A stretch of DNA of 64,000 bases, from NCBI GenBank assembly GCA_964016885.1, contig OZ024746.1, positions 89,156,001 to 89,220,000 of the forward strand, given 5' to 3'. Source of the DNA: Eledone cirrhosa. Taxonomy: Eukaryota. A program made the translations under genes and the position numbers. Under the pieces are notes generated by a model. It worked only from the letters and a program-made list of their open reading frames with translations. It made no database searches and was not told the DNA's origin. Positions 40,447-55,128 of this stretch are shown here, piece by piece (the first letter of the stretch is position 1; the number at the start of each line of letters is the position of its first letter).

Positions 40447-42380
40447 AGATACAAATAATATTTGGCAGTCGAGTAGATTCGAGAAACGTGATATAGAGTG
40501 ACTTGCTCATCAAATACACAATGCACCGTTGGAAATCGAAAATATGACCATAAAATTCATGAAACAAAATTGCAGGTGGTCTCTCCTTTGAGTCAAGATA
40601 TCAAAACCACAAGCGATGTAATATTTTCTTCTGCCGATGATATATAATCAAAAATTGTGTCGCTGTAGACAACTTTTGAGGGAGTACATTTTGAGTACTA
40701 TATAGCCAAATTTATTGCTAGGAGTGACAACCCCGTGGTACTTTCGAAATATTTCCCTTTTAGCATGAAAACTATATTTTGTTAACGACATATCGATACA
40801 TCTCCCTCTTCGTTTGTTTACAACAGTTTTATATTGAGCATACTGGTAGAAATTGATAGATATTAATTCAGTCTACTGTGTTTAGAAAGCAGTTAAATTT
40901 TTGTGATTTAATAAAAATTAACCTATTATAACGCTGTTTAGTTTTTTTAACAGAATTATTGACCGTGTGAACTGATTTGAAAAAGATTACAGTAATCCTA
41001 AAAGAGGAGTTTAGCCTAATATTTCTTCGATGTATGAGAACGTTAATTGCCATAGTCGCAAGGTTTAAGGTACTATTAAGGGAAGATGTGGGTATTAGAT
41101 TCGCATGTATGAGAGGAAATCGAAGTATATGTATTGTAAAGATTCCTATTGTTACCTATAGAATTCATCGAATTAAAAGTGCAAAAATAATTTAATTTCA
41201 CAGTTGTTTTTTATGTTAAACATATGATCTCAAAGGAAATATTTATATATAGAATTTAGAAAATCTCTATCCCTGTGGGAACGGGTATTTAATCTATAAA
41301 TACGATATTTTCCTATCATAATTTAGTCTTTAGTGCCACTCGTATTAATGCATCACTTTAATAATTTACTACACTAAGTCACGAGTCTTCATCCGAAAAT
41401 ATGCTAGGTATGCATTTTATATAGTTAGTAATATTTTTGAAAGCTGTGCTTGTGTGGTTTTGTGAATATCGATTTTTAAAATGTCGACTGGTGCACTAAG
41501 AGCAGTATAAGCTCTTAGTGTATTAATTTGAAGTTTTGTCTAAAACATTGAAAACACAGTGTCACTTCTGGCCTTCCATCTCTGCCATGAATCATGGCAA
41601 TAAACTAATGCTTTATACATATTGGTGAAATCTTGTTTAACTCTGTATAATTCGCTGTGTAAGAAATGAATTATTTTTTAGTAAATTAAAAACATAAAGA
41701 TCCATACCAATTTACTTACCATGAAAGACATTGATAATTCTCAGATTTTCTTTATACTCTTTACACTCAATGAAATTCTCAATTCATAGAAATTATAGTA
41801 TGATGTATTTAATAGCTTCTTTTATTTTGTTTTAGTCCTGTAACTCCAGAAGGAGTCACAAGGACGCCGTATATTAATAAGGCGTTTTCCAAGGCGTTTC
41901 TAGGGCGTTTTAAGACTGGCGGACCCCATCACGTCTCCTGGTTGACTGCAGCAGATTTCTTTCAGAGAAGGATAGAACGCGAGAGAGAGGAAGCGAGAAA
42001 GAGTTATAGTGGAGAAATCGATCCTAATACTATAATGGTACGTTTTTATCGAACTTGAAAGGATGAAAGTCAAAACTTAACGATCTTAATATTGAGTTTT
42101 GTGAATGAAGAGATATAACCATTGAGTAACAGATATTACTTTACATCATTGTTAGTTGGCTGTCCAGTGTCATAGGGTTGCCGTAGAGTGGAACACTGTA
42201 TCACCTCTGGCTTTCCATCTTTTTCCATTCCATTTGAAACAACACAATGACTTGTGTTTTCTCGAATCTCTAACAGTCTATTCCGTGATATTATTTGGCC
42301 AATTTCTTTTTCAGCGGACGTCATTTGTAGATGGTTATGTTCAATCCATTACATCTTGACCCGTATTCATACCATTGATT

Positions 42381-42560
42381 GGTTAAAGGCCACACATAGA
42401 AGTTATGGTCCCGATTCCATTATCGATCTGTTCTTCTGGATCACCAGTCTGAAGAGCAGATCGATAATTGAGTCGGGTCCATAACACCTATGGGTGACCC
42501 TAAACCTGTACTCTGCGAAACGCGTGTAACAAGTCGATACGCAATAAAATACTAAATACA
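42381..42560 (+). mobile_element. Fold-back element with long-stem-II hammerhead (42447-42530)
   Basis: 42381-42436 pairs with 42451-42506. Motif CTGAAGA-gcag...ctgc-GAAA-cgcgtg-TA followed by AATAAA. Confidence 0.72.
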
Positions 42561-42608
42561 TGTAAACCAAACTGCATCGTTTTTATTAATGTATATACAC
42601 ACACACAC

Positions 42609-42709
<101 letters not shown>

Positions 42710-42897
42710 TGTTTCTACTTTTGGCACAAGGCCAGTAATTATCCCAGTGCATTACTGGTACTTTATTTTATCGATCCTGTAAGGAGGAAAGGCAAAGTTA
42801 ACCTCGGCGGGATTTGAACTCAGACCATAGAGGGCCGTAACTCTTTGCTGCAAAGCATGGCGTCCAAATCTCTAACGATTCTGCTAATCCACCGCCC
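42710..42897 (-). mobile_element. tRNA-derived SINE (short subtype) flanked by (TAA)n
   Basis: Full body with A/B boxes; (TAA)n on both sides. Confidence 0.95.
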
Positions 42898-42914
42898 ATA
42901 ATAATAATAATAAT

Positions 42915-45012
42915 GGTTTCTTTATAGATCACAAGGGCTAACATGAAGAAAAACATTACAGACGGCCCAGAACAGTACAGGACGATACAAAGTGGGTTTG
43001 GTCGTGTAAACAGGTTATAACAAGATAGAAATCGGGATAGAAAAAAAACAACAAAAAAAACAACAAAAATTCCCCCAAAAGGGGGAAACCTCCGAGGGTC
43101 ACTTGTGTCGAAACACACACAAAGACCACGGCCACCGTGACCACCAGAACAAGCGCCCTCTCTCAGTTTTCCACGCCTCAGTCTGCAGACGCATACTTAG
43201 AGTGGATCACGCTCGCCACTTTCACCCACCTTTCAACAAACTTACTAGAAGCCAGCACTTGCCTCTCGACCCTCATTTTCCTCTTCAAGTGAAATTTGAA
43301 AAAGTTAATCAGTGATTCGCCGAAGAGGAAAGTGTCCGTCTTCAATCCTTTCAACCTTGTCCACCATACAATCTCTTTAGCCATGGCCACCAGGCAGATG
43401 AAAATTACCTGCCCTTCCTCCTCCTTAAAGGAGGACGGCGAGGCTATCTGCACAATGGACTCAGTCGATAACAGGATCCATCCTACACGTGACAGCAAAT
43501 GTTCGACATAGCTTCACAAGTGAGCAATGCTCGGACACTGAACCAGTGCGGACACAACAGTTGTGCCGCTCTGTGCGCATCTCGGACAGGTTCGGCTGAC
43601 GGCACTTCCGTGCCTGCAGAGCTTATCTCGAACCGGCAACGCTCCCCGGTAGCACTGCCAGGCCAGGGATTTCCGGATGTTGTCCATAGACCCCGGGCTG
43701 AAAGTTCTCTTGAAGAGAACGAACAGCTGATCGTCTTCGACGCCCAGGGTCTCCGCGAGAACGTCATCATTCTTCCCCTCCACTAGTCCTCTATAGAACG
43801 CCGAGGTGGATGTTCCACCAATATTAGTGCCCAACTGGTAGAAGGCTGTGAGTGCCTGGAGACATTCACCTTCCAAGCTCTATCCCTCGCTCTTTTCCTG
43901 ATCCAGGACTGCAGTTCCGTTAATGAAACGAGCTGAGGAAAAACACGTCTGGCAAACAGTGACCACACCTGTTCACCGGCAAGGAAGCACCAGAGATATC
44001 GCAGCTTCAGCCCGTGTTTGCGCATCATCAGCCACGGCATGCCCAGCCCTTCAGGCAACGGATGTTGACAGCAGATGGATCGTCTGACCATGGGAGCCCG
44101 TCCCTTCCATAAAAAGTGGAAGAGGAGGCGCTCCATTTTGGTTAGAGTTGAGCGGGGGCAAGGCACAACGGTTAGGCGGTAGTAGATAAAGGATGCGATG
44201 AACGCATTCGCCACCTCTGCTTCACCTTTCAGGGACAGCCTCCTTTCGGCCCATTTCTGCGTGAGAGAGGCCACCCTGTTCGTCATCTCACTCCAGTTTC
44301 TCTCCATCTGGAGGTCCGGACCGAACCAGACCCCGAACAATTTAACCGGTCCTTTACGTCCAGCGCCCCCACAACTCTGCCGGGCGGCATGAACTTGCCT
44401 CTCCAGGTGTCGAACTGCAAGCCCACCGACCTTTCCTGGTTTAACTTTCCTCCTGTCACTGCTTCATATTCCTTGAGTGCGGTGCCCAGCATATGGACAT
44501 GTCCAGTGCTTGACACCACCACGGTGACGTCGTCGGCGTAAGCCGATATGGATCTCCCACATCCCATTTCACGTGGGACGTCTCTCATCGCCTCCAATTT
44601 GTGCAGTAACGGCTCTAGGGCCAATATGTACAAGGGCGACGAGAGGGGACAACCCTGGCGGACCGAGCGCATGATGCTGAACTGCTGTGACAGATGACCA
44701 TTCACCTTCACAACTGAGCAGATGTCGCTGTGCATCGCAGCGATCCAACCCCTGAAAATGGGCCTGAAATCAGTCGCCTCGAGGACCACCACCAGGTACC
44801 GATAGTCGAACCTATCAAATTCCTTAGATTGATCTAAGTTGATCAGGGCCCCTCTCGTGCCAGGTTCCTTAACCACTCTCTCTATGATGTATCGCATGAG
44901 GTGGAGGTTGTCTTGGATGGATCTGTCTGGAATGGCTCATGTCTGTGTCTCTCCTACCAGATTAACGACGACAAGCGCCAATATCGTTGCTAACACCTTG
45001 GCCAAATTCTTG
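42915..45012 (-). mobile_element. 5'-truncated, frameshifted L1/Tx1-type LINE (RT, C-terminal Zn motif, 3' UTR)
   Basis: LINLDQSKEFDR, VRQGCPLS, AYADDVT, CPRC motifs; homologous to 59520-61370; (TAA)n flanks. Confidence 0.93.
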
Positions 45013-45034
45013 AAATAATAATAATAATAATAAT

Positions 45035-45198
45035 AGAAAATTGGCCCTTCACCCTTTTTGGAACGCTTCAAAAGGCATACTTGCTGGGAACAGCAAGAAC
45101 CCTCCAATACGTCCTGAATATCTGAGGCTGCAGGTAGTGGCTTGATATTCATTTCAACAAACTTTCCAGTTAACTAACATCAATGACTGAGACTCAAA
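45035..45198 (+). mobile_element. 3' tip of the R4/Dong-like element inside (TAA)n
   Basis: Reverse complement of 19031-19200 (LFGTLQKAYLLGTARTL + 3' UTR). Confidence 0.9.
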
Positions 45199-45235
45199 TA
45201 GTAATAACAATAATAATAATAATAATAATAATAAT

Positions 45236-46427
45236 GCTTTCTTTATTAACCACAAGGCTTTACATAAAGTAGACATTAAGGACAGTACAGGATAATACAG
45301 GACAGTACAAATGGGCATTTCTGCGAGTAAAAAACAAAAACAGAGGATGTAACAACAAAATAACAATGAAAAATTCCCCAATAGGGGAGAGACTTCCGAG
45401 GGACATTTGTGAAGAAAGCCCATTAAAAGGCCACAGTGACCCTGACCACCAAGTGCCCTCTCCCAGTTTTCCACCTTTAATTTACAGACACATACTCAGA
45501 GTAGGCTCATTCACTCGGGCCATTCTTGCCTCTCTCACCCATCTTTCAACAAAATGCTGAGAAGAGAGCACTTCCCTCTTTACCCTGATTTTCCTTTTCA
45601 AATGAAATTTGAAAAGGTTTATCAGGGCATCACCGAAGAGGTAAGTGCTCGTCTTCAGCCCTTTCAAACGTGTCCACCATACTATCTGTTTCGCCATGGC
45701 CACCTGACAGATAAAAACTGCCTGCACTTCCTGACTAAAGGAGGAGGGCGGGGAAATCCTGACGATGGACACAGCTGATAGCCGGATCCGTCCTACACGC
45801 GACAGCAGGTGTTCGACATAAACCCACAAGTCAGCAATGCTCGCACATTGGACGAGTGCGTGCATGACAGTTTCGTCGCCCTGCGCGCATCTCGGACATG
45901 CCCGGCTGACGGCACCTCTATGCCTGTAGAGTTTATCCCGAACTGGCCAAGGTCCTCAGTAGCACTGCCAGGCCAGGGATTTCTGGAAGTTGTCCATAGG
46001 CTCCGGCCCGAAAGTTCTTCCGAAGAGATTGGCTAATTGATTTCCGTCGACGCCTAAAGTTTCCCCAAGTACTTCGTCGCTCTTCCCCTCCACTAATCCT
46101 CTATAGAACGCCGAGGTGGAGTTTCTGCCGATCACATTGCCCGATTGGTCGAGGGCTGTGAGCGCCTGAAGACATTCCAGTCTCCAAGCGCTGCCTCTCG
46201 GTCTTCGCTTAACCCAGGACTGCAGCTCCGTCAAGGAGACGAGCTGAGGAAAGACACGTCTAGCAAACCGCGACCACACCTGATCACCGTCGAGGAAGAG
46301 GTGGAGATGTCGTAGCCTGAGCGCGTGTCTGCGTATCATCAGCCACGGCAAGCCCAGCCCTCCACGTAGCGGGTGTTGACAGCAGATGGACCGCCTGACC
46401 ATCGGAGCGCGTCCCTTCCACAAAAAG
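45236..46427 (-). mobile_element. 5'-truncated L1/Tx1-type LINE
   Basis: WKGRAPMVRRSICCQHPLRGGLG..WQCY..CPRC..HALVQC; 3' UTR shared with 533-710. Confidence 0.93.
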
Positions 46428-46445
46428 CGAAATAATAATAATAAT

Positions 46446-46544
46446 TGTTTCTACTTTAGGCACAAGGCCAGAAAATACCCAGTACATTACTGGTACTTTA
46501 TTTTATCGACCCCGTAAGGATGAAAGGCAAAGTTAACCTCGGCG
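46446..46544 (-). mobile_element. 5'-truncated SINE
   Basis: SINE 3' half; gcgaaataataataat occurs at both 46427 and 46542 (possible TSD). Confidence 0.9.
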
Positions 46545-46566
46545 AAATAATAATAATAATGATAAT

Positions 46567-46617
46567 GCTTTCTTTATTAACCACAAGGTTTGACACAAAG
46601 TATAATATTAAGGACGG
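46567..46617 (-). mobile_element. 3' tip of the L1/Tx1-type LINE
   Basis: gctttctttattaaccacaagg matches 45236-45257. Confidence 0.85.
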
Positions 46618-46649
46618 TAGTGATGGTTGTGATGATGATACAAGATGAA

Positions 46650-48330
46650 GAACGCTACTTAACTGCTCTTCTGAAGAACGCCACATGTCTGTTTGAGAAA
46701 AAAAAACTCTACTTGAGAACTCGAGAGGATTCCACTTCAGTTTTCCAGAAAATATCTATTAACAGATTAAATAGTTATAAAGCGAGTGGATAAATAAAAG
46801 GAAAAATAACAAAATGTTGAAAGACAACTTTGCAATTAATACTTGTAAAATTTATTGATCTCTACCTCATATAATTAATATATTACACATGTTTTTATTA
46901 GTCATTGCTCATTTACCATGTGAAAATAATCTAATGGTGCAGGTGTAATATGAGCGGCATAACTGCAAATATAAGCTTTGTGATTGTGGTGCACGTGGTA
47001 GAAATTGCAGTGCATACTCTGAATGTGAATGCATGAAAAGAAAAATATACCACTTAAATCTAGGTGGTTTTAGAAACAAATTACCGTGAGAAAATTATGA
47101 GAATCTGAATAACTTGTCGAAAAATAAAAGTTGATGTGTGAGAAAATTGTTTCTATTCGTTATACGTATTCGGCAACTACACTACGAATAGAGATTTGGA
47201 TTGGAAATAATCGTTATCTCAAGGTACGTTTGATCTCAATAGATTTATTATATAATTGTGATAGAATACGAAACCTAAACCACTGTCAGAATTTGAAATA
47301 GAACCCTTAGAATTAAACTACAAGTACCGAAGAAAATACGAATGAAAATTACAAACATGGCCCTAAAAATTCCAAACTGCTCTGAATCAGTGAAAATAGA
47401 TTATTATGATAAACTTCGAAATTGAATTAGCAATAATAGTGGTTTCTTTATTTATTATATATTTATCAATGCCAGGAAGGGCAGGTAATTTTCCTCTATC
47501 TAATAGCAGTAATGAAAGAGGTTGTATGGTGGACCAGGTTGAAAGGACTGAAGACAGACACTTTTCTCTTCGGCCAATCCCTCATCAACTTTTTCAAATT
47601 TCACTTGGAAAGAAAGGTGTAGGTGGAGAGAGAAGTGCTGCTCCCCAGTACATTTGCTGAGAGGTGGGTGAATGTGGCGAAAATGGCCCGTGTGAGTGGG
47701 TCTACTCTGATCATGCGCCTGTAGGCTGGTGAATTTGAGGAGGAGAGGGGAGCCCTCGAAGCGCTGGGTGGTTCAGGGTGGGTGGAATCAACTTTTGGTG
47801 GTTATCGCCCCCTATTGGGGAATTTTCATTGTTGTATTTTTCTTGTTCATTGTTATTGTTTTCCTATTTTACTCGATTTTTGTGTAACACCCCACTGTCC
47901 CCGTCTATTGTATTGTCCCCTATATGTCGGCTCTTGTGAACAATAAATGAAATTTAGCAATAATGATATATTTAGCAATACTGATAAAAACAACAAACAT
48001 GACCAGCACAGAATTAATGAAAGAAACTATATCACAAGTTTAAGCGAAATAATAAATGCAATAGCCAAAATAGTTACATGTATAACCATGTACCTCAACG
48101 GTGTTACTTCTATAGTTATAGCCAAATCCAAGTAAACTATATTGAAGACAAATGTAATAAGAGTCTCTCAATTCTTAAAGAAATCAATAATTAAATAATT
48201 CAACTGAAAGAAAATACTACAGAAATATAACATAACGAATATGTCGTACCCCGGGAAGTACTTCTGAAATAATACAACCACGCTAAATTAGAAATATTAT
48301 CCTACAGAGATTATTTGAAGAAAGTAAACA
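46650..48330 (+). pseudogene. Highly decayed hAT-like transposase, interrupted by a LINE fragment
   Basis: Hand-read motifs: SNGAGV (DGA.VM-like, ~46930), C-S-A-(H)-T-L-N across a frameshift (~47005), and DKCNKSLSILKEINN (ERSFS.LK.IK-like dimerisation motif, ~48150). Confidence 0.45.
47471..47953 (+). mobile_element. 3' fragment of the L1/Tx1-type LINE (same subfamily as 55724-61650)
   Basis: Colinear with 61118-61637. Confidence 0.92.
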
Positions 48331-48504
48331 GTTTGAATCCAAGAAGTAGGTTAAATCAAAGAGAAATCGATGCAAAACCAATAACAACAGATAAACCATA
48401 AGCATATGGATGGATCAATGGATAGATGGTTCGGTCGATAGAGAGACAAAAAATTGGATTGATCGACCGATTCATCGATCGACAGATAGGCGCTAGAGAG
48501 AGAT

Positions 48505-48543
<39 letters not shown>

Positions 48544-49799
48544 CGTATGTGGCTACATGGACACAATTAAACATAATGATGTTTAGTGAGAATGAAATGG
48601 AATTCGATTGAGAGGGGATTTGACAGTCGTAGAATATTTATTAAGTTAAGTGATAGATGTATATTGATAGATGGATTCAATAGCATGACAAAATTCTATG
48701 ATTCCGTAGTAAACTAAATAGATGAAATTAGATTAAATTAAATTTGCTATCAAGTGACATATTTAAAACCGAAAACGCTCGCAATTGAACATTAACAAAG
48801 CTCAAAGTCTACGGATTTGTTAGTTAATTTAATTTATCTTAATTTTCTCCATTTACTTCGCTACTCTATTATGAAATCCTGTCATACAATATCTATATAT
48901 GCATGCACTTACAACTTAAATTACTTAACTATTCTCAGATTACTTTCTCTGGCTATTGATAAAATACTTTCTATCTCTCTTTCACTAAACATGTTTACCT
49001 CCCTATCGACATAGCTCTCTATTTGTCAGTCTGTATGTTTCTCTAAGTGCTTAACTGTATCTGTGGTTAAGTATTAAACCAGTAATAATACATATATCGC
49101 CAACTTTCCGTTTATTTAGAAGGGCAGCATCCATGCCCCTTTATATTTTCAAGATATTTCGAGCTGGGTTGATGAGAGCACGAAGGTGTCTTCAATAGTT
49201 AAAATGCTTGCAACAGATCAGAGTCCATTAATGCAACAAATGTCTAGACGGTGTTAATAAACTGAGCAACAGATTAAGACTATAATCAAAGTAGACCACG
49301 CTGGAATTTAAACTCAGAAAGCACTGAGTGAACATAATCTTTATACTCACATGTTTCTGCAAATTCCTCACCCTAGATTGGAAATTTGTTTAACGACACT
49401 TAGAAATAGTAATAGATAAAGTTTACCTCGGTAGAAAGTAAACTCAGAAATCAAGTTTTAGGATGAATTCCTCGTGTTATTTTGTCCAATGCACTTTCTT
49501 CCAATTAGCCGTGTTCCAACTGCAACTACTGAAATCTAACAAAAATAAATTAAACCAACCAACTGAAAATGTGTAATAAATTGAAGTGAATGCCAACAGG
49601 TACATGTGTTTTTATTGACAGCATGACCCTCCCAAAGTATAACGATAAATGAATATACTTTTTGTTTAATATGTGCACAGGATGAGAATTTACACCTGTG
49701 TTTGTTAAGGATTTGTAAGGACACTCACTACCATCCACTTACATGTGCTATACATCTAGAAGGTTACCGTATTATAGTCTATAAACCTTTAAGAGAAAT

Positions 49800-50850
49800 G
49801 TATCATTGTATTTTATGTGCAATGCAGCACTTACAAGCTCCAACTACTGAAAGCTCATTCCTTCCTCAATCTTCACTTCATTTTTTCCACTACCTTCTCG
49901 CATTTCCATGCAAATCGTCATTGACTTATCTGCTGGCTATTCGTAAGACTGCAAACTCAATACCTTCCCATGGGAAGATGGAGGTTTGCTCCATATCATA
50001 CGCACTTTCTGTATGAATCCCTTTACATATGATTTTGTTTTCTTTTGTCCTCACTGGCTTCAACTGCTGTTTTTCTTTCTCTGCACTTTCAAATTCTCTG
50101 TTCAAAAGCTTTGCAGATGGTACCTTCTTCTGTATGTATAACAGATGCGTCTTTTACCATACAAAATTGATTCCACCACCTTCATTCCCAAGGAATATAG
50201 TTCTGGTTTCGTCTATGGTATTTAGGGATTACCAGAAATTTTATATTCATATAAATGCTACATGAGTAATTGTAATTTCATGTCAACCAGTTGCTCGTTA
50301 ACTGCTCGTATTATCCCTCAAACCTGAGAGCAATCCGATATTCAACATCACTGTTAGTATCACTTTCTTTAACATATGTTTTACATTATCTCTTGTATTA
50401 TGGAACTGCTTGCGGCCGCTTGCGTAGTGTACTAGTTCTACCTGTTTACTGAGGCCGTGCTTTTTTTTCGAAGATTAGACACATCCCACTATATCTTCTA
50501 CACCAATTAATCAAGCAGATATCATGCAACACATCGTCTATTCTATTGAAAGATTGTAGATATCCTCCCCGGTATTCGGGAAACAAAAGTATGACCCCGT
50601 ATTTATTTCCCGCTGATGGATAAATTTTCCGGATCAAGAGATACATATCTTTGTGATAAGACATTTACCACGCCTCTGTTTGCCTGAAATCTAATGTTTA
50701 AAACATCACTTTAAATTGTAATGCCAGCAAAAGAGCCTCAGGTAATATCACACAAGTTATATTTTTGTTGCTTCATATATTCATGTTCATGTCGAGCATA
50801 TTTGGGTTTTTTACTGTTTATTCATTATTGATTCTCTTTGTTAATATATT
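49800..50850 (-). pseudogene. Possible decayed piggyBac-like transposase
   Basis: RKIYPSAGNKYGVILL..GGYLQSF resembles piggyBac QYIPSK..KYGIKL...GY..NF, with a KWW-like motif near 50175; very degenerate. Confidence 0.3.
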
Positions 50851-51399
50851 TGTTTTTCCAGTGGCAATTTATCTATGTCTATCTTTCTTCAAACGACTAC
50901 ATTTCTTTTACATTCCCATTGGTGTATTCAAAAGTTATTTCGACATATTCGTTTGGGAGGGTGTAACCATCACTATTTTCTTTTTTGTTAACATATATTA
51001 TTGCGCCTCTCGTCGAAAAGGAAATATTGAAAAATGTAAATACAGAAATTGCCATGAAAAAACAAATATCTAAAGGAAATATGTTTTATTATTCTAGATA
51101 TTCTATTCATGTAGCCGTTCCAAAGTTCCCTCTTTGCAAAATAAATTAAAATAACTTATTTCATTTGAGACACAAACATAGATAAAAATCAAATTATCAT
51201 TTTTACCTTGAAACTTGTCTGTTCACCAGTTAAGAGTGAGAGCAGAAGCCCCGGTAACGTCTGCTGCTGCATATAATAATTATATTTAGAAATACACTCC
51301 AATTCCTTAATATTTATTTAAAATAACTTCACTAGTTTCACAATACCACGGTTTTCAGAAGTATCGCAAGATGGATGGCCGTATGCTGCAACTGTGCCT

Positions 51400-51590
51400 C
51401 TATACAAGCTTACATACCGCCTTTAAGCGTGCCCATAATCTCCGTGACCTCCTAGGGTTCCACCCGGCTCTCATCCATGTTCTCGTTCCCGCTCTAACAA
51501 CTGTCCCTTCATTTCTAACCTAACCACTCTCACAGGCACGAATGATTCATTCCGTATCCGTCACTCCTTCACTCACTTGCCCATCCACCC
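51400..51590 (+). pseudogene. Neptune-type Penelope-like linker fragment
   Basis: Hand translation: TAFKRAHNLRDLL...PCSRSRSNNCPFISNLTTLTGTNDSFRIRHSFT, matching the R..NL.D.L / PC...C..CP linker upstream of GIY-YIG. Confidence 0.7.
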
Positions 51591-52289
51591 ACGTAGTCTA
51601 TGGTCTCTGTCGTTCCCTTTGTTAACACTCTTTTCCTACTATATCAAGCGTAAAACTAATCATATATTTCTTTATTGTACTGTGTCGTTTGCTTTGTTAT
51701 TTCTGTTTACCATTTGCACACATATATATATATGTGTGTGTATGTGTGTGTGTGTATGTGTGTCTGTCTCTCTGTGTGTCTCTAGGCGTGTTTGTGTGTC
51801 TGTGTATTTCTGTCTGCCTGTGTGTGCGAGCGCTTGAGTGTGTGCTATGCATGTGTGTATCAATGCAATGTATTGTGTTCCTTTTCTACTAATGAATATA
51901 GAGACCTCTCGTTTCCACCGTAGCTTGTGGTGGATCTCAAATTTGAAACTTATTTCCATTGATTTATTATGAATGTTTCTGGATAGTTATGATTAGTGTG
52001 CCTATCTCTTTGCCCACACAGATCCTCATGAATCCAAAGTTAATGTGGTTATCCGTTAGTTTAGAGCAGATAAATCCACATTGGAAAGCCTTAGTTAGAA
52101 AGCACGCATCACTCAGCTCATCATGGACCACTCATAAAGCATTGTAGCATATTATTCCACTACACTCATCATGGATTCTTGGCTGATTCGCAATGTCTGC
52201 TTATTTGTTGTGTAAACTAACTTATTTAATACCTGGCTATTATATCTAAGGATCACTTCGCTATCTGCTAAATGGAGATTTATAAAAAT

Positions 52290-52374
<85 letters not shown>

Positions 52375-52789
52375 CACACACACAAACATATATAGAGACC
52401 TCTCGTGAAGATTAAATCCTTTTTTAATACTTACCTGTGTTTTCTCTTTTATTCTTATATATATATATATATTTATGTGTGTGTGTGTGTGTGTGAGTGT
52501 GTGTTTGTGTGTGTGTATATATATATATATATAAACACTCACACACACACTCACACACACACACACACACGCACACACCCACACACACACATAAATACAC
52601 ACACAAACACACACTCACACATACACACGCACACACGCACACATATACACATAAACACACACATATACACACATAGACACAAACTCACACACACATATAC
52701 ACACACAAACACACACACACACACACTTACACACATACACACACTCACACACACACACATATACACACACAAACATATGCATATACAAC

Positions 52790-53763
52790 CAGAAGTGGTA
52801 TTACATCGGAGCGACTGGGAATATATTTAAAGCTCGTTGGTATATACATCGTTACGCAATGAAACATTTCCAGCATCATTATGCAACTACCCTTGCGAAC
52901 TAGACCTGGCAACTGAGGGAAAGTAACCATCAATACACCCTAAGTGGAAGAAACTATTGAACGCGCCTGCATATCGGAGTGGTATGAGAAGCTGTCGGTT
53001 GTGTGACCTTGAACTGTTTCACATTTTGAGTTCGAAGAATAATTAACTCAACAATAAAATCGAAAAATCAATTTATTGCAACCATAGACTTAAAGAAAAA
53101 TGATCGCTCTACAAGTGCAAATCAAACCCTTAACCTCCTACTACCACCTGACAAACTGCATATACTTAGACTTTCTACCCTCCTAGTGAATCTAACCCCT
53201 TTAATTACCCACAGTAACCAATACTTATGTCCTTTCCTCCTTCATTCCTTTTCTCTTTTTTTGTTTTCATCTTACTTCTCTCCCCCTTTTTTGTTCTCTT
53301 TTCCTATCTTCTTTTTTCTCTTCCCTCTTTTTTATATATGTATTTATCTCTCTATCTCTCCCCCTCTTTCTCTATCTCTATCTATCTCTATCTCTCTCTC
53401 CCTCCCACTATAAACGATTTAATTCTTTTTAATTCCCTACACTGTAAATTGACGACATCAAGTCTACGAATCAAAACCGATCGAGGAATCCTTCCATCTT
53501 TACCCCTCCCTCAATCCCCGTTTGTCCCTCTACTTTCTAATTCTTCTCCCCTTCCTCTCTCCCTATACTATTAAATACGATTCCCAAAAAATGTTTTTTT
53601 TATATATTAAGAAATTTTTACTCATTATTTTGAAAGTTTGGAGGTGAATAACAGTTATTATCGAGTGGCTGTAGTATAGCGATATAAGCTTGCGCTTACC
53701 AATGAAACGTACATACCTGGATTAAATCCTTTTTTAATACTTACCTGTGTTTTCTCTTTTATT

Positions 53764-53770
<7 letters not shown>
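52790..53770 (+). mobile_element. 5'-truncated Penelope-like element (decayed GIY-YIG + 3' terminus)
   Basis: KWYYIGATGNIFKARW..APAYRSGMRSCRLCDLELFHIL..CNHR. The last ~55 bp are also present upstream at 52410-52460; ends in (TA)n. Confidence 0.85.
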
Positions 53771-53829
<59 letters not shown>

Positions 53830-54679
53830 CACACACACATACATATATACATATAGTATACAGCTCAAGAAAAAAATAAATTATCTTTAGCAGTTCTATA
53901 TTATTATATAATATTTTCTTATTTACAAGTTCTGAAGACTATATACCAGCATTCTAAGAACAGAAACTTTATATTATGTTCTTATTTGACAGGTTTTCAA
54001 TACTTTACTGTGAACTGACTTAAACAGAAATCTAAAATTCTAGATGAAGTAATCTTTTAGGTCAAATGTTCTTGACAATACCAGCATGACGCAATACAGA
54101 AGCCGATTATATAACCATACAATACTGAAATCTCTTTTTAATGGAAACACACACGAAGTGCATCCAAATGAGGTGTCTTTCAGCCGTTACTGTATAAAGG
54201 TTATAATATTCTGTTTCATGTTAATATAGATTGAAGTTAAGTAATAATAATACACAAGAGATAACTAGTGGACACCTGTATTTGAGCATATATTTGCATT
54301 GTTATGAAACTTATAAATGAGAGAATTTATAAATGAGCTTTCTTAGAAGAAATGTTTTATATTATTTTTCACCTTTTCACCAAGAAAATCTTTTCCGTTT
54401 GTCAACAGCAGATCTTACTAGTTAATTAGACGCAAATATTTCCCAGGTCAAAGCGCAGAAATGGAATCTCTATAACTCTGGTATCTGTTCTGATTCAAAC
54501 TAATGACTTAGTGCAAATAGAAATACTTCTTTTGCGGGTACAAATCAGTATCAAATTCAACATCTGTATTGATTTAGTCAAATAATTATTTAATTCAATA
54601 CATATTTCTTGTTGGTGAGTTGATATAAAACCCTGGGTACCATCCTTTATACATTTTTTACAATATATATATATATATA

Positions 54680-55128
54680 TGGAAGGCTGCCCCCTCGTTA
54701 TCGAGTATGCCCATTGCACGATATAACAATATTAATTATTATCAATTAATGCTATCGTGCAATGCCTGTGCGTGAAGATATATTTTCAGGTGAGGAAAGA
54801 CTGTGCACTGAGCCAATCCCACTCTCTGAGCGAAAGTAGCTATAACCGGAAAAGAAGAAAAGCTCAACATCATCTGTAACTACTGAGCCGCTGGTTTTAT
54901 GTCAGAGTTATCCCAGTTTCCCGAATTGCCTTCTCCTAGAAGAATGCCCTGACAAAGACTAGGGGTCCTTCACTTCCAGTGGTTTAACCACGCGATAGGG
55001 TATCCAGTCCAACTATTTCTATATCCCCGCGCATATACATACACATGCCCACATGCAGATACATATATATATACATATACATATGCATAGACATATTTAC
55101 ACATTTTTGGATGGCCGTTGACTCTTAT
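54680..55128. mobile_element. Second copy of the 25982-26440 repeat
   Basis: Colinear identity. Confidence 0.85.
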
